Source of the DNA: Octopus vulgaris
Taxonomy: Eukaryota
DNA: 64,000 nucleotides
Reading direction: 5' to 3'
NCBI GenBank assembly: GCA_951406725.2
Contig: OX597817.1
Location: 64,914,001 to 64,978,000, forward strand
Part shown: one piece after another, positions 1-12,248 of the stretch
Layout of the letters: every line of letters begins with the position of its first letter
How positions within the stretch are numbered: the stretch's first letter is position 1
Translations under genes and position numbers: made by a program
Notes under the pieces: model-generated
What the model saw: only the letters and a program-made list of their open reading frames with translations
What the model was told of the DNA's origin: nothing
Database searches by the model: none

Positions 1-290
1 AACTTTCACCTTCCTGTCAATAAACTCACTCAAGGACAGCACTTCCCTCTCCACTCACAACTTCCTTTTCAAGTGAAACTTGAAGAAGTCCGTGAGAGCC
101 CTACCAAAGAGGAATGTCTCTGTCCTCATGCCTTTCAGTCTTGTCCACTAAACAACTTCTTCGGCTACAGTTACCAGGCAAAGGAAAACTGCCTTGCCTG
201 CCTGATTGAAGGAGGGTGGTGGTACGATCATCACTACAGACTCAACTGGCAGATGGATCCATCCCACACTTGACAGCAGCTGTTTGGCTT
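1..290 (-). mobile_element. Dispersed repeat, probably a 3' ORF2 remnant of an L1/Tx1-like LINE
   Basis: The minus strand reads FFKFHLKRKL*VEREVLS. It is clearly homologous to 34900-35190 (ttccttttcaagtgaaacttgaa / ttccttttaaagtgaaacttgaa; cctttcagtcttgtccact / cctttcagtcttgcccact). The clade assignment is inference. Confidence 0.5.
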
Positions 291-349
291 AACCTCATGA
301 ATCAGCAATGCTTGGACACTGAATGAGAGCGTGCAGGATGGTTTTTTGG

Positions 350-670
350 CATTTCATCCATGTTTTCCATTCTGAGTTCAAATCCCACCGAAGTCGACTT
401 TGCTTTTCATTTTTTTGATGAACTGGTACTTATTTCAATAAAGTACCAGTGGAGCACTGGGTCTCTCACATAAAATAACTGACCTCATGCCAAAATTTGA
501 AACTAATAATCCTTTGTACTATAGGCACAAGGCCTGAAATTTTGTGGGAGGGAGCCAGTTGATTAAATTGACTCCAGTATGCAACTGGTACTTTATTGAC
601 TCCAAAAGGATGAAAGGCAAAGTTGACCTCGGAATTTGAAGTCAGAATGATTCTACCAGCTTGCTGCCTT
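350..670. mobile_element. Tail-to-tail pair of SINE fragments (family A, MetaSINE-like central motif)
   Basis: Plus copy at about 350-505 (ttctgagttcaaatccc..gtcgactttgcttttcat..aagtaccag). Minus copy at about 510-670 (caactggtacttt..aaaggatgaaaggcaaagttgacctcggaatttgaa). Confidence 0.8.
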
Positions 671-681
671 AATAATAATAA

Positions 682-1995
682 CTAGCAGTATAGCCCGGCG
701 TTGCCTGGGATTAAGTTAGGGTTATTTAGTGATCAAGTGCTTTATTTCAAACCAAAATAAGTGACACCAACATCAAATTTGAGTGAAATCTGTTGAAATT
801 GGTAAACGTTTGGCTGAAAATGGGTTGCAGGCAATTTGATTGGGAAACCCCATAAGGAATCGGTTTATTGATTATTTCTACTCATCGATTTTTTTTTTTT
901 AATGAGAACTTAAAGCATTCAAAGATCCCATGAGTTTTAAGTAATGCTGGCATCAAATTTGAGCAAAATATGTCAAAATTGGTATAAGTTATGGCTGAAA
1001 ATGGGGTGTAGCCAATTTTAGTGGGAAATCCCCATAAGGAATCGGTTTATCAATTTTTTATCCTGATTGAATGGAAAACCCCAAATGGATGCCTGCCACC
1101 GATAGTGTTTGGCCTTGAGATTTGTTGCTGGACATGGCTAAGCATGGTCTCACTGCGACCTGTGGAAGTTAAGCGGCATGTCTGACCCTGAGGGATAAAG
1201 CTGCATCCTTGAAATGAAAACATTTTCACCCCTCCTGCACCCTGTAACAATGGTGGCCTCAATCAAGTGGGGCACCAGGGACTTGATTACTAAGCGGGTC
1301 CCATTGCACTGTTTAGGCAGAAGCAAGTTTCTGATTAGCATAATTGGGTATCCAACCCATAGCTTAAGAATGTGAGGTGGAAGTCTTGCTGGTTCCAATA
1401 AATTGAGAAACTCGATAGGGTAATTGACAATGTCTTAGGGGTCAGAGGTCCGGTCAATTGATTTGTAGATGTGCTCCTCACCCAGAATTTGGCTTATAAG
1501 CTGGTCGTTGATTGCACTGACAGCTACGTTTTTGGGAGCCAGGATGGTTCTTTCACTGAGCCAATTGATGTCTGTATAATTTGATTATAAAATATAGTGT
1601 CTTTCAAAAACATCCTAAATTTGAATACTATATCTTGTGTTTAAGAAAAAAAACACATTTTAATTTTGGTGAACGTTGTCACTTTCTCTCTCCCTCACTC
1701 ACACATGCATCAACACAACTTCTCTCTCTCACACACACATTTTCACTTCGCTATGGTAAGAAGGGACTTAACTCATGTTACCAAACTTCAAAATTGGTAA
1801 AAGTTACGGTTGAAAATCGATTTCTACTGCTATCCGCAGGTACCTCTGGGAAAATAATTTGACGAAAATACAGCTATGGTCGTGACAAATGTCCTCCTAA
1901 AATTGGAGCGACATGCGTGCTAATTTGTGGATGTGCAAAATTACATTCACGTACACACACACACACACACACATCCTGCCTCTTATATATACAGA
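682..1995 (-). mobile_element. Complete non-autonomous Helitron carrying a PIF1-type helicase fragment
   Basis: On the minus strand the 5' end is A|TCTGTATATATAAGA at 1995. The 3' end has hairpin CCCAGGCAACGCCGGG, then 8 nt, then CTAG|T at 682. It sits at an A|T target with no TSD, which is the canonical Helitron signature. Confidence 0.9.
1150..1580 (-). pseudogene. Helitron RepHel PIF1-like helicase fragment
   Basis: Translation PARLPPHILKLWVGYPIMLIRNLLLPKQCNGTRLVIKSLVPHLIEATIVTGCRRGENVFISR matches the PIF1/Helitron motif LPPHxLxLKVGxPIMLLRNL..CNGTRL. Upstream, WLSERTILAPKNVAVSAIN matches WL.ERAILAPKN..V..IN. Confidence 0.92.
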
Positions 1996-2554
1996 TAATT
2001 GGCCAACAGTTTTGATGCAAGGGGTTTGTTGATACCACTGACCCCTGTACTTTACTGGTAGTTTTATTGTATTAGTCCCTGAGGAAATGAAAAGCAAAGT
2101 TGACTGATGGAATGTGAACACAGAACATAGTCTTGACTAAATATTGTAAGGCATTTCTAGCCATACTCTTAAAGATTCAGCCAAATAATAATGAAGGTAA
2201 TGCTGCACAAAGCTGCACATTCTTTAGGTAGAGTGACTGAAATTGACACCAGTACTGGTGTCATTTTATCAACTGAAAGTCAGATGTGTAGTGTAATAGT
2301 CACCTAGTGGGACTGTGGATTACACTTAATTATTCTATTTTTATAGCGTTTGGTCAGCTTCCTCAGAGCTTACTTGAGTTACACAACAAAAATCTACTTG
2401 CAGCTTCGTGAAAGTTTTTCAGTTGAAAGAGAAATTAATATTTTTTTAAAGTTTGTTAATTTAGATAAGCTTACATGTTGTAGGAAGATGACTGAACTGA
2501 AATTTCAAGCAGTGTTTTGTAGGAGGTAAAAAAAAAAAAACATTCACTATACTC

Positions 2555-2705
2555 TTGGAGTGGTTGGCATTAGGATGGCATCCTCCTGTAGAAATCATGT
2601 CAAATCAAATTGGAACCTTGTGCAGCTCCCCAGCTTATCAGTTTTCAGTTAAACTGTCCAACCCATGTCAGGATGGAAAACAGACGTTAAATGTTGATGA
2701 TGTTA
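2555..2705 (+). mobile_element. SINE 3' fragment (family D, (GAT)n tail)
   Basis: ggagtggttggcattaggatggcatcc..ccaacccatg..ggaaaacagacgttaaatgttgatgatg is the reverse complement of the copies at 10800-11040 and 20467-20712. Confidence 0.7.
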
Positions 2706-2848
2706 TCATTTGCAAATTTGAAAGGATTTTTTTCCAGTTCAAACAATCACTAATATCTTTGGATTCTAATTTTTATTTATTACATATTTTGTTTCTGTTA
2801 TTGTATGTATAGCTGGCTTAAATATAATGATTGTTTCTTATTTTGCAG

Positions 2849-2904
2849 ATTTACCAGATCAAGTCTGGCACAAGCGGCGCCGTTCATCTCGTGACCACAG
2901 ATGA
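2849..2904 (+). CDS. Probable last coding exon of an unidentified host gene, C-terminus xLPDQVWHKRRRSSRDHR*
   Basis: Strong acceptor ttgtttcttattttgcAG at 2847-2848, then a GC-rich island in AT-rich DNA. The four CpGs in the exon fall at codon positions 1-2 of Arg codons only in this frame, inside an otherwise CpG-depleted region. Alternative frames are IYQIKSGTSGAVHLVTTDENWSWL* (to 2923) and FTRSSLAQAAPFIS* (to 2894). Confidence 0.65.
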
Positions 2905-3684
2905 AAACTGGAGTTGGCTGTAGTGGTGCAGTGCTGCTTGTGTGTTTGCAGCTGTTGTTGTCAGTTCATTGTACATAGCTACACGTCATTATCCACTCCT
3001 CTCCTCCTCTTGTTGCTGGCCTGTGTTCTAGCTGCCGTTGACCTTCATTAAGCCTTCACAACCACCACCACTACCCTTCCACCTCCACTACCACAACTAC
3101 CACTAAGCATCAGCATCACCATTACTACCACAAACATCACCACAACTGTCACAGTTACCACCACCACCACCAACCACCTCAACAACACTCCCTTGAATTT
3201 CTCCCCAGCATCATGCCATTGTATTTCATACACAAACAAAATCTCTCTGACATGTAAATAGCAACAAGTTATCTGTAAATATGTAGCACTACCGGAGTAT
3301 TTAAACTATGGACTAAAGCAATGCCGAGTTAACTTCTTCTGAAAGTGTCTGTGGAATGGAATGAAACCATTACATTAACCCGTCTGTGTGCATGTGTTAG
3401 TGCGTATGTGATGTGATGTGTGTGCTTGCGCGTGCATGTTTGTGTGGATGGTGTATGTGGTGTGTTTTAGTATGATTGCGTGTAAGTATCAATTGATAAA
3501 CTTTGGATGGCCAGTGTGGAAATGTAAAAAAAAAAAATATTAAAAAAAAAAGACAAAATTGAAAAAAAAAATTTCAGATACCAAACTTAAAAAGATGTGT
3601 GTGGAGAAGTGGGGTGGGAATGAGAATGTAAGTTGCTTGATTAAAAAATTTTTTAAAATTATTATTATTATTATATTATTATTA

Positions 3685-3722
<38 letters not shown>

Positions 3723-3985
3723 GAGGAGGTGGGGATAGAATGAAAGTTGAGGGTGTAATAAAAGATTTTTTTCAAAAAAAAAAAAAGGCCTTTTCCTCCC
3801 AACTGAAACACAGCTTTCTCTTCTCTCTTTCTCTCTCCCTTCCCCCTTTTCACATTGAAGTTTGAAGTCTTGGTGATGGCAGCAACTTGAACAAAGGGAA
3901 ATAGCAATGACAGCAGAAAGTGGTAGGTGATGGTAGTGGTAGTACTGGCACAGCTGCTAGTAATGGTGATGATGATGATAATAAT

Positions 3986-4026
<41 letters not shown>

Positions 4027-5079
4027 TGGTGATGGTGGTGCAGCAACAGCAGCAGACTTGTGTATAAAAAAAAAGTTGCTCTCGTCTGGACAGTGTATAA
4101 AAAAACCAACACAAAAAAAAGAACATGTCTAATTTAAAAAAAAAAACCAATAAAGACTCTCATACCAATTTATAGTAGCCTTACCCTTGATTCTGCTCCC
4201 AGCTTTTTTTCGGGCCCGTTTTTTTTTAATCTGCACACCATCAAAGAAAAAAAAATTTAAAAAAAGGTGTGTAATATGTGTATGTGTGTTTGTGAATGAG
4301 TGTGTTGGTGTATATACATCTATACACAATCATTTTTATTTGTATATGATGTGTGAATGTATATACTTATACATGAGTGTGAATGTACATTTGTGTGTTT
4401 GTGTATATATAAATACACATACATATGTATAATATATAATATACATACATACACTTAGCTCTCAGACTGCATTTAAATAGGATCTTTTGTGATAGTTTTC
4501 AGCTCAAAACAAGACTGTTTGCCTTTCTGGGTCTCATCAGCTCTGCCAGTTGCTATAGTTATTCCAACATCTTCCTTTCTCTTTCTCTCTCCTCACTGCA
4601 GACATAACAATCTCTCTCGCTAAAACTATTTTAATACTATTACCACCATTACCACAACTACTATTACATCACTCCATTTGTAGATTTGCACACCAAGTGT
4701 GACAAAACAGTTGTTATTATTTACATCTTATTTCATTGACCACTGATGGATGGAAGGCATACTTAATAGTTTCTATGATAGATACCAGTCTACATATTAG
4801 ATGGGGATGTGTTAGTCATTTAAATCAATCTGAGCATTTGACCGATAAAATGCAGTACCAACCAATTCCTGGGGTCGATTTGACTAACACCTCCTCTTGG
4901 AATTTGTGGTCATGTCCCTATGTTAGAGTTGGTTAAGTTTGACTTTCATCCATCAGCAATTGATAAAATAAGCATTTATCAAGTACTGAGGTCAGTTTAA
5001 TCAACTGTTCCTTTCTCTCTGATCAACCAGATCTTTCCCCAGATGCAATTTTGTGCCACTATTAGTAATATTGTTTCAT

Positions 5080-5395
5080 ATTTTGGCTAGTAATTTTAGT
5101 GGGAGGATGTCAGTTGATTACACTGACCCCAGCACCTAACTGGTACCTTACTTTATTGACCCATAGAAAGATGAAGCCAAAGTTGATTTCAGTGGGATTT
5201 GAACTAAGAACATACAGAACTGCAAGAAATGCCACTAAGCATTTTGTCAAACCACACTGAGTTAAAATTCTACTGAAGTTGATTTTTGCCTCTTTTCAGG
5301 GTTGATAAAATAAGTACCAGTTGTAGTGGTTTAATGTAAATGACTAACCTCCTCCCTCTAAAAATGTTGCCCTTGTACCAAAATTTGAAATAATT
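5080..5395. mobile_element. Adjacent opposite-orientation family A SINE fragments
   Basis: Minus copy at about 5080-5260 (aactggtacc..gaaagatgaagccaaagttgatttc..gatttgaactaagaac). Plus copy at about 5258-5395 (tgagttaaaattctactgaagttgatttttgcc..ggttgataaaataagtaccag). CpGs are converted to TG/CA. Confidence 0.7.
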
Positions 5396-5599
5396 ATTAT
5401 TGCTATTATAATGAAATTATATTTATTTTCATTTGCTTTTTTTTTGGTGGGTGGAGTTATTAGTTATATAATTAAATTTTGGTGAATTAAGTCCACTTGG
5501 TTTAAATTCTGAATTTAATATACTTTACAAGATGGGGTGATGATGGCATGAACATTTCACCTTTTCTATTTCTTTTCCCCTTAGAATGGTCTGGCTTTG

Positions 5600-5632
<33 letters not shown>

Positions 5633-7854
5633 GATGATGTTAGAAATGGTTAATATTATTAAAGTATCAGTATTATTAAAGCAGAGAAGATGGATGAATG
5701 TCACAGATAGAAGAAAATTGACTATAAAATGCTTTGCATTGCCTAGATTGGCAACACACTGTTCTTAGTTCAAATCTCTGACTAGGATCAACTATTGGTA
5801 TTGGTTGATTCAATTTATGATGCTCCATGAGGTTAAATTTATAAAATTCTTTTCAGTGTCCCAATTTTCGTTTCTCCTCCAAGCTGCTCAAAAGATGTCG
5901 ATTTTATACTCATTGAGCAGCATGACTATCAGAATTTCTTGTATCTCCTTATCTTAAATCTTGAAGCATATTCTCAGAATCATTAGTGCACCAGACAAAA
6001 TGCCTCACAGTATTTATTTCAACTCTTTATTTTCTATGTTCAATTCCTGCCAAGGTCGACTTTGTCTTTTATCCTTTTGGGGTCAGTACCCATTACCTCT
6101 GAAATTGCTGGCCTTGTGCCAAAATTTGAACCAATTATTATTAAATAGGGTAGTTAATGAGAAATGAAGTGACAGATTTAAATACCTTGTAGTTATTTAG
6201 TTACATGTCCTGAGAGTATACTTTGCCTTTCAACCATCTGGGGTTGATAAAAAGTATCCATTAAATACCAGGGTTGATCTAAGTGACTATACTCATCCTC
6301 CAGAATTGTGGGTCTTGTTTCTATGTTAGAAAGTATTTAATTACAACTTTGTTTTATGTTCTGAGTACACATCCTTCTTGTGGGGGTGGGTACTCTTTCT
6401 TCTTGTGGGGGTGGGTGGGGGATGCATAAATTATGTACGAGGATAGATTTAACTAATTGTTAAATTTCTGGCCTTGTCTCTTTGTTGGTTAAAATATGTG
6501 GAATTTGTTCTTACTCTTTATGCTCTGAGTTTTGATCCATCTGAGGTCATTTTTCCAGAGCTAATAAAATGCCAGTCAAGTACTAGGTTTGATATGATGG
6601 ACTGTTCTCCTCCAAGTTACTGTCTTTTTCTTACCTTTGTTAGAAGTGATTATTCCAGTTCTTTTTGCTGTTTTGCTTGCTTTCTTCAATCCTCTTTTCT
6701 GTCTTTTTTAAAACCGTTTTTGTTTGTTTCATTGTTTAGAGTAAGGCCTATGGTTAAGAGATTGACCAAAGGAATCTGACTAATAGGATATCTTATTTGT
6801 GTCAACCAATGGGACTACTTAATTGGTAGTGATTGATCCAATCAACTTAGAAAACAGTGATGTAGCTGCTAAAGAGATAAGTGACAAAATTAATTTATAA
6901 CTGATCTGTGGACTAGATTTTTCCTTCTTCTCTGAAACTTTTCTGAGGTTTTTTCCCCTACTTCCATTGTTTCTGCTCTCAGTTCTACACTTCTCCAGCC
7001 ATTACATTTCATCTCTTTCACCCACATCTGTTTCTATTTCTCGTATTTTTCTAAGCCAGTATCTTGTTGCTCTCTGTTCTGCAAACAATCTTTAGCAAAC
7101 AACAACAAAAATAACAATTTCGTATCTTCATCAATATTTGGGCATCATCTGTCTTCTTTTTTAACTTTCCTAATCTTAGATGCATCAATTCAAGCAACCA
7201 ACCCATTTGACACATTGTTGCCTCACCTCTTACATTACAAACTATTTGTCATTTCAAAAACAAAAAGAAAAAGGAAGTAAAAAGGGATAATGAATCCTTT
7301 TTATTGGAAAATTTTTTATATGACAAAATTTAAATTATTTGCTGTGGTGTTCATTGCTTTTATTTTTTAAATCTCCGAAAAAAAAGAAAAACATGAAATA
7401 AATAATTAAATTTTTTTAAAAAATAATAATGATAATAATAAAAAGGAAGAGAAAAGGCCGTGTCTGCTGTTGGAAATTGCAGGCATTTTACTAGGATCTG
7501 AAGAATTAGGCACATCAAGTTTTGGGCTTCTCTTTTTTTTTTCTCTCTTTTTTTTCTCTGTTTTTTTTTTTTTTATCTCCTGGTTTGGTTATTTTCAGTT
7601 GAAAAATTGAGGTTCTAAAAGATTTTTGCAGCACATTGGTGTTGTTTGTGTCGCCAGTGTGGTTTGCTTTGCTAGTAGGCAGGCTGCAATGGTGTCACCT
7701 TATGAGGGTTCTTACCTCTGCTCCAGTCCCTCTCTACTTGTCTGTACATTGAGCTCAACTCTTAGCCCCAGATGCTGTTAGTTTCTATGTAGATACTACA
7801 TAAGCTCGGTGTCCAAGGTCTGTATATTTTTTATTTTTATATTCAGTACTTGTG

Positions 7855-7860
7855 AATAAA
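7855..7860 (+). promoter_or_regulatory. Candidate polyadenylation signal
   Basis: AATAAA preceded by TGTA and a U-rich tract (tgtatattttttatttttat), with T/GT-rich sequence downstream. Confidence 0.4.
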
Positions 7861-8155
7861 ATCTCAAATTTTAAATTGTTCATGCTTTCAGAGAGTTTTG
7901 ATTGAAAAGAACTTTCATCCACATGGCACTGTGGAACTGATTAGTGAGAATGGCAAACAATATGAAAATTATTGAACTTGTTTCTTTTGCCTGAGATATT
8001 CCACAAGTTGTGTTTCCTTGAGATAAAGGCCATACTTATGCTGAAGGCCTAACAATTTCTCACATTTTTCAAGTATTTTGTGTTACTTGCTGGTGCTTGA
8101 CAAAACAAACCCCCCAAAATGTGCCTTCTGAAAACTTTTAACTGCATTTTTCAAC

Positions 8156-8207
<52 letters not shown>

Positions 8208-10799
8208 TGTTTTTGTGTTGATATTTTAAAAATATATCTTATATTGCCACTTACAAAAGGGTAAGCTCTATTCAAGAATTTTTGCTTCTGTATTATGACG
8301 GGGTGGCTTGCTTCCTATTAACTGTTTCTACTGTCAGCCACTGAGGAACTGAAGTGGTAGTTCTGGAATAGTAAAGCTACCTCCTCTATTTAATTCTTCA
8401 ACTACTGCTCAATTATGAACTTCTTCCTAATATGCTATTTTTTCCAGTTTTGACAGCTAATCACCAGTCTTGTAGTTCTACTGCTGTTCTACATGGTTTT
8501 AGTATTAACATAAATTTGATGGAGTGTTTATGGTTGTAATTTCTTCAGCCAATGACTTTTGTTACTGTGAACAGAGACTGAGGAACCTATTGTTATTCAG
8601 GTTAACTGAGGTGGACAAATCTAGGCTTTGTTCTGATGCCCTAGGCAATGTCTATAGTATCAAGTTTTGAACTTGAAACTATGTAGTCAGTAGTTCAGTA
8701 CTTTAACTTTGTACCCATCTTGCCTTCCAATTAAAGAATCTCTGTTATTAATAGAACTTTTCTTTCTTTCATTTAAGCTAATTTTATTAACTATTCCTTA
8801 CTATTCCCAGGAAATGATTTAGAAATGTGTTTTCAAAGAGGTTTTGGGTATCTATTTAGTTTTAATATGGCATATAGAATACTATATCAATGTATTTTAT
8901 AAGCTGCAAAAATTTTTATGTCTAAGACAAGAGCTTTCATTACTGTTTGCTAGATTTGAATTGCTTTGAGATATTCAGCCTGTCTGGGCCTTCTTAACTT
9001 GATTTGTTAAATTTAGGTTTCACATACTTATGGATTATGAAGATTGGCCAAATTTCACTATGAAATTTACTTGCTTCTACACATTTTCTGCTTTATAATG
9101 CTGTATCATGCTTTAGGAAAGATCAGTTGAATAGTTCTACTTATTTGCTTATTTTTACATTGTTGCATGAGCTAAGCTATTTTGCTTCAGCATCCTGTGT
9201 ACAAGGATCAAAAGATCTTCGTCATATAGATTATTTGATTGATTTAAAATCACTTTTAAGGGTTTTTTTTTGTTAAAACTTTTTATAATTTTAGTCAATG
9301 GAATTAACATAAACTCATGTACAACTTCAGGCTTTTGTACCTCAATATTTCGTTGTTATATGTTTAATATATGTCATGAGTGGTTGCTGTTGTTTAGCCC
9401 TTCAGATCAGTCCTAATCCTGTAACTTCAAGTTATTGTATTTTTATTAATTTTTTTTTTATTGAAAACTTAGTGTAATTTGAGGGAAATTTGGCTGCTAT
9501 TTATAACCAATCACACAAAGGATCTGTTGTGTCTTGTTTTTAATTCTCAATAAGTATATATGAGATAAACAGTTCTGTTGTGTCTGTAAAAAATCTTGTC
9601 TAATCATTATTTAAAATTTAGAAATGATAGATGTTCAAATCTTGACATAGACAAGGACCTCCCAGTTTTCTTTATTAATTTCAGATACAGTTAGTAAATG
9701 TTCTATGCAATTTCATTATTTATAGAGAGGTAGAGAGGATTAGATCTATTACTTAGTTCCATCTGTTTTATTTTTTACACATACTAGATGCTGTATATAT
9801 CTTATAAATTGGAGATGAATAAATTCGTCATCTGTTAAAGTTAAATTGCTTAATGCTCAGGGCCATGATAATTATGCTATCATTTTCAGTCACCTGCCTA
9901 GGAATTTTCTAAGTATTTACCAGATTGTTTTGGCTAATGTAATTTTTTTGTGTGGATCGGCCATGGCTAGCTGCTTTCCTTTTCTTTTCTATTCAACATC
10001 CAGAAGCAACACACCCACAAACAAACAAACACACACACAGACACACACACAGACACACACACACACACACACACAAGTCTGTTATGCTATTTGCTGCTTC
10101 TATAGGCAAACATTACTACTACTACTACTACTACTACTGTGACTAATACTGTTACTGTTTTCTAAGTTGCCATCCATAACTGAAGCAACTTTTGAATACC
10201 CTTTCCTCTTCAAAATAACTTTTTCCCACCTCTGCTATCATTAATAGGGAATCCAGCACCTTCCACTAATGCCTCCATCTCTCCTACCACTGCTATTATT
10301 CACACCCTTACTCTTCTCTTTGGCTATCATTAATTTACACCCCACCCATGTATATGCTTGTATGTGATACAGAGACTTGTATGTGATTATGTTGCTTGTC
10401 TCCTTGATAATTGTTAAAAAAAAGGAACACAGAAGTGTGTGTATGAGAGAGAGAGAGAGAGATTGTGTGATTGAGAGTGTGTAGAATGTGCTTATGTTTA
10501 AGGTAATTTACCACTGGCTATGTCCTACTTTAAAGACTCAACTGAATGACTCAAGATTTCTCACATTGTGGGCACATTAGACACGAAACTGCAGTAGCAA
10601 CAGGAACATGGAATCAATGTGGTGGCAATGTGTCTGCCTACCTTTTCAAGTGCTCTTTCCTCAATTTACTTACATAATATTTATCAACCTGTATTTGAGG
10701 ATTTCTATTGTATAATTAATCAACACGATCATATAAATTATCATCTCAAATGAGATTATCTTCTAATAGTTACATTTCACAAGTTTTCTTTCAAAATCA

Positions 10800-11200
10800 T
10801 CATCATCATCCATCATCGTCATCATCATGATTCAACACCCATTTTTCTATGTGTGCATAGGTCAGGCGGAATTTGACGAGGCAGATTTTCTACGACCAGA
10901 TGCTCTTCCTGTTGCCAATCTTCACCTATTCCCAAGCAAGAACATATTTCCTCACAGGCAGATATTTTTCATGCAAACTGGAAACGAACAGCATTGCTTG
11001 TATGATGGTGATACTCGTTTAAAGCTGTCAGCGTGCACATATATACACACGATGTGCTTCTTCCAGTTTCTCTTTACTAAATCCACTCTCAAGGCTGTGG
11101 TCGGTCGGGTCTAGTATAAGACACCTAAAGTACTGTATAGTACAACTGAACCATAGATCACGTGGATAGAAAGCAAGCTTCTTAATCCCACAGCCATGCC
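10800..11200 (-). mobile_element. SINE, family D tail with a family B-type head
   Basis: (CAT)n tail; gatgctcttcctgttgccaa; aaatccactctcaaggctgtggtcgg..gaaagcaagcttctt..cacagccatgcct. Confidence 0.7.
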
Positions 11201-11379
11201 TATAAATAAAATGATATGCCCTTTAAAAAAGATCCATTGCAATACAGATGATATTTTTTTTATGGTAGAAGTGAGGAGGATTCTGAGATTATACAGAATT
11301 ACTGCTATCATTTGCAAATTATGCTTCTGCAATTAATCTGGAATGTACTCGTGCCCACGCGTGTGCGTGTGTGCACAAC

Positions 11380-11692
11380 TGGCATTGTTGGTTATGACGA
11401 TGAGGTTCCCAGTAGATCTGATCAATGGAACAGCCTACTCGTGAAAATAATGTGCAAGTAGCTGAGCACTCAACAGACGTGTACCCTCAGCATAGTTCTT
11501 AGGGAGATTCAACATGACACACTGTGACAAGACTGGCTCTTTGAATTGCAAGTACAACTCCCTTTTACCAACTGTGTGGACTAGAACAATGTGAAAGAAT
11601 CTTGTTCTAGGACACAACGTGCCACTGGGAATCGAACTCACGACCTTACAATCATGAGCCTATTACCCTAACCACTAAACCACGCACTTTCA
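11380..11692 (-). mobile_element. tRNA-derived SINE, family C
   Basis: Reverse-complement homolog of 39016-39345. The B box appears as ggaatcgaactc at about 11628 and the A box as taaccactaaacca. Confidence 0.85.
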
Positions 11693-11719
11693 TTATGTCT
11701 AGGCATAAGATGGAAATGA

Positions 11720-12010
11720 GCATAGCTGAGTGGTTAAGTAGTTGCTTTCAGTTCTTGCGTTCAATCCTGCTATGTGACATTTTGAGCAAGTGTCTTTGCC
11801 TTGTGAATAAAAATTTGCTTGATAAGGAAATACGCCGGAAGGTAGTTAAATGGACTATACTTAGAATTCAAAAGGTCGAGGTTGTTAAACTGATTTGACC
11901 CGAGAATTACATAGAGGGTACACATGTCTGCAAAATCGTCGGCCATTTTACATGTTAATGTAGTAGGTAAACCGTTCAGTTGATGGACCGGATAATCACT
12001 GTTGGAACTG
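11720..12010 (+). mobile_element. Degenerate SINE (family B/C sequences)
   Basis: gctgagtggttaag head; ttgagcaagtgtctt; gagaattacatagagggtacacatgtctg resembles the family C body. Confidence 0.5.
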
Positions 12011-12138
12011 GACATGTGAGTTTATGTGCATATATGTGTATATGTACATATATATATATATGCATGTATGCATAATGGTCGATGTTTACAACACGAGCAC
12101 TGCTTATATAATTTAATTTAATAAACATCTGTTTTTGT

Positions 12139-12174
12139 GTGCTACTATTAGTTTCATGTGCAATCATCAGACAC
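12139..12174 (-). ncRNA. Minimal type I hammerhead ribozyme motif (short stem II)
   Basis: Minus strand: GTGT-CTGATGA-TTGCACAT-GAAA-CTA a TAG-TA-GCAC. Stem I is GTGT/GCAC, the core CUGAUGA/GAAA is intact, and the cleavage triplet is GUA. Confidence 0.75.
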
Positions 12175-12182
12175 TGCCCACA

Positions 12183-12248
12183 GTGTCTGATGATTGTGCT
12201 CGGACATCAGACGTGTTAAAAGACAGCATATGAAACTAATAGTAGCAC
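12183..12248 (+). ncRNA. Type I hammerhead ribozyme motif (extended stem II loop)
   Basis: GTGT-CTGATGA-T-TGTGCT-(24 nt)-AGCATA-T-GAAA-CTA a TAG-TA-GCAC. All core nucleotides are present and stems I, II and III can pair. Confidence 0.8.

Larger units (their letters stand above)
2905..7880 (+). other. Putative long 3' UTR of the upstream gene
   Basis: It follows the stop codon, is low-complexity with A/T runs, and is CpG-poor. TGTAAATA occurs at 3253 and 3274. The 3' end is uncertain and could extend to the AATAAA near 9818. Confidence 0.45.

Noticed and set aside
712-726. Telomeric TTAGGG
   Set aside because: A single hexamer inside a Helitron, not an array.
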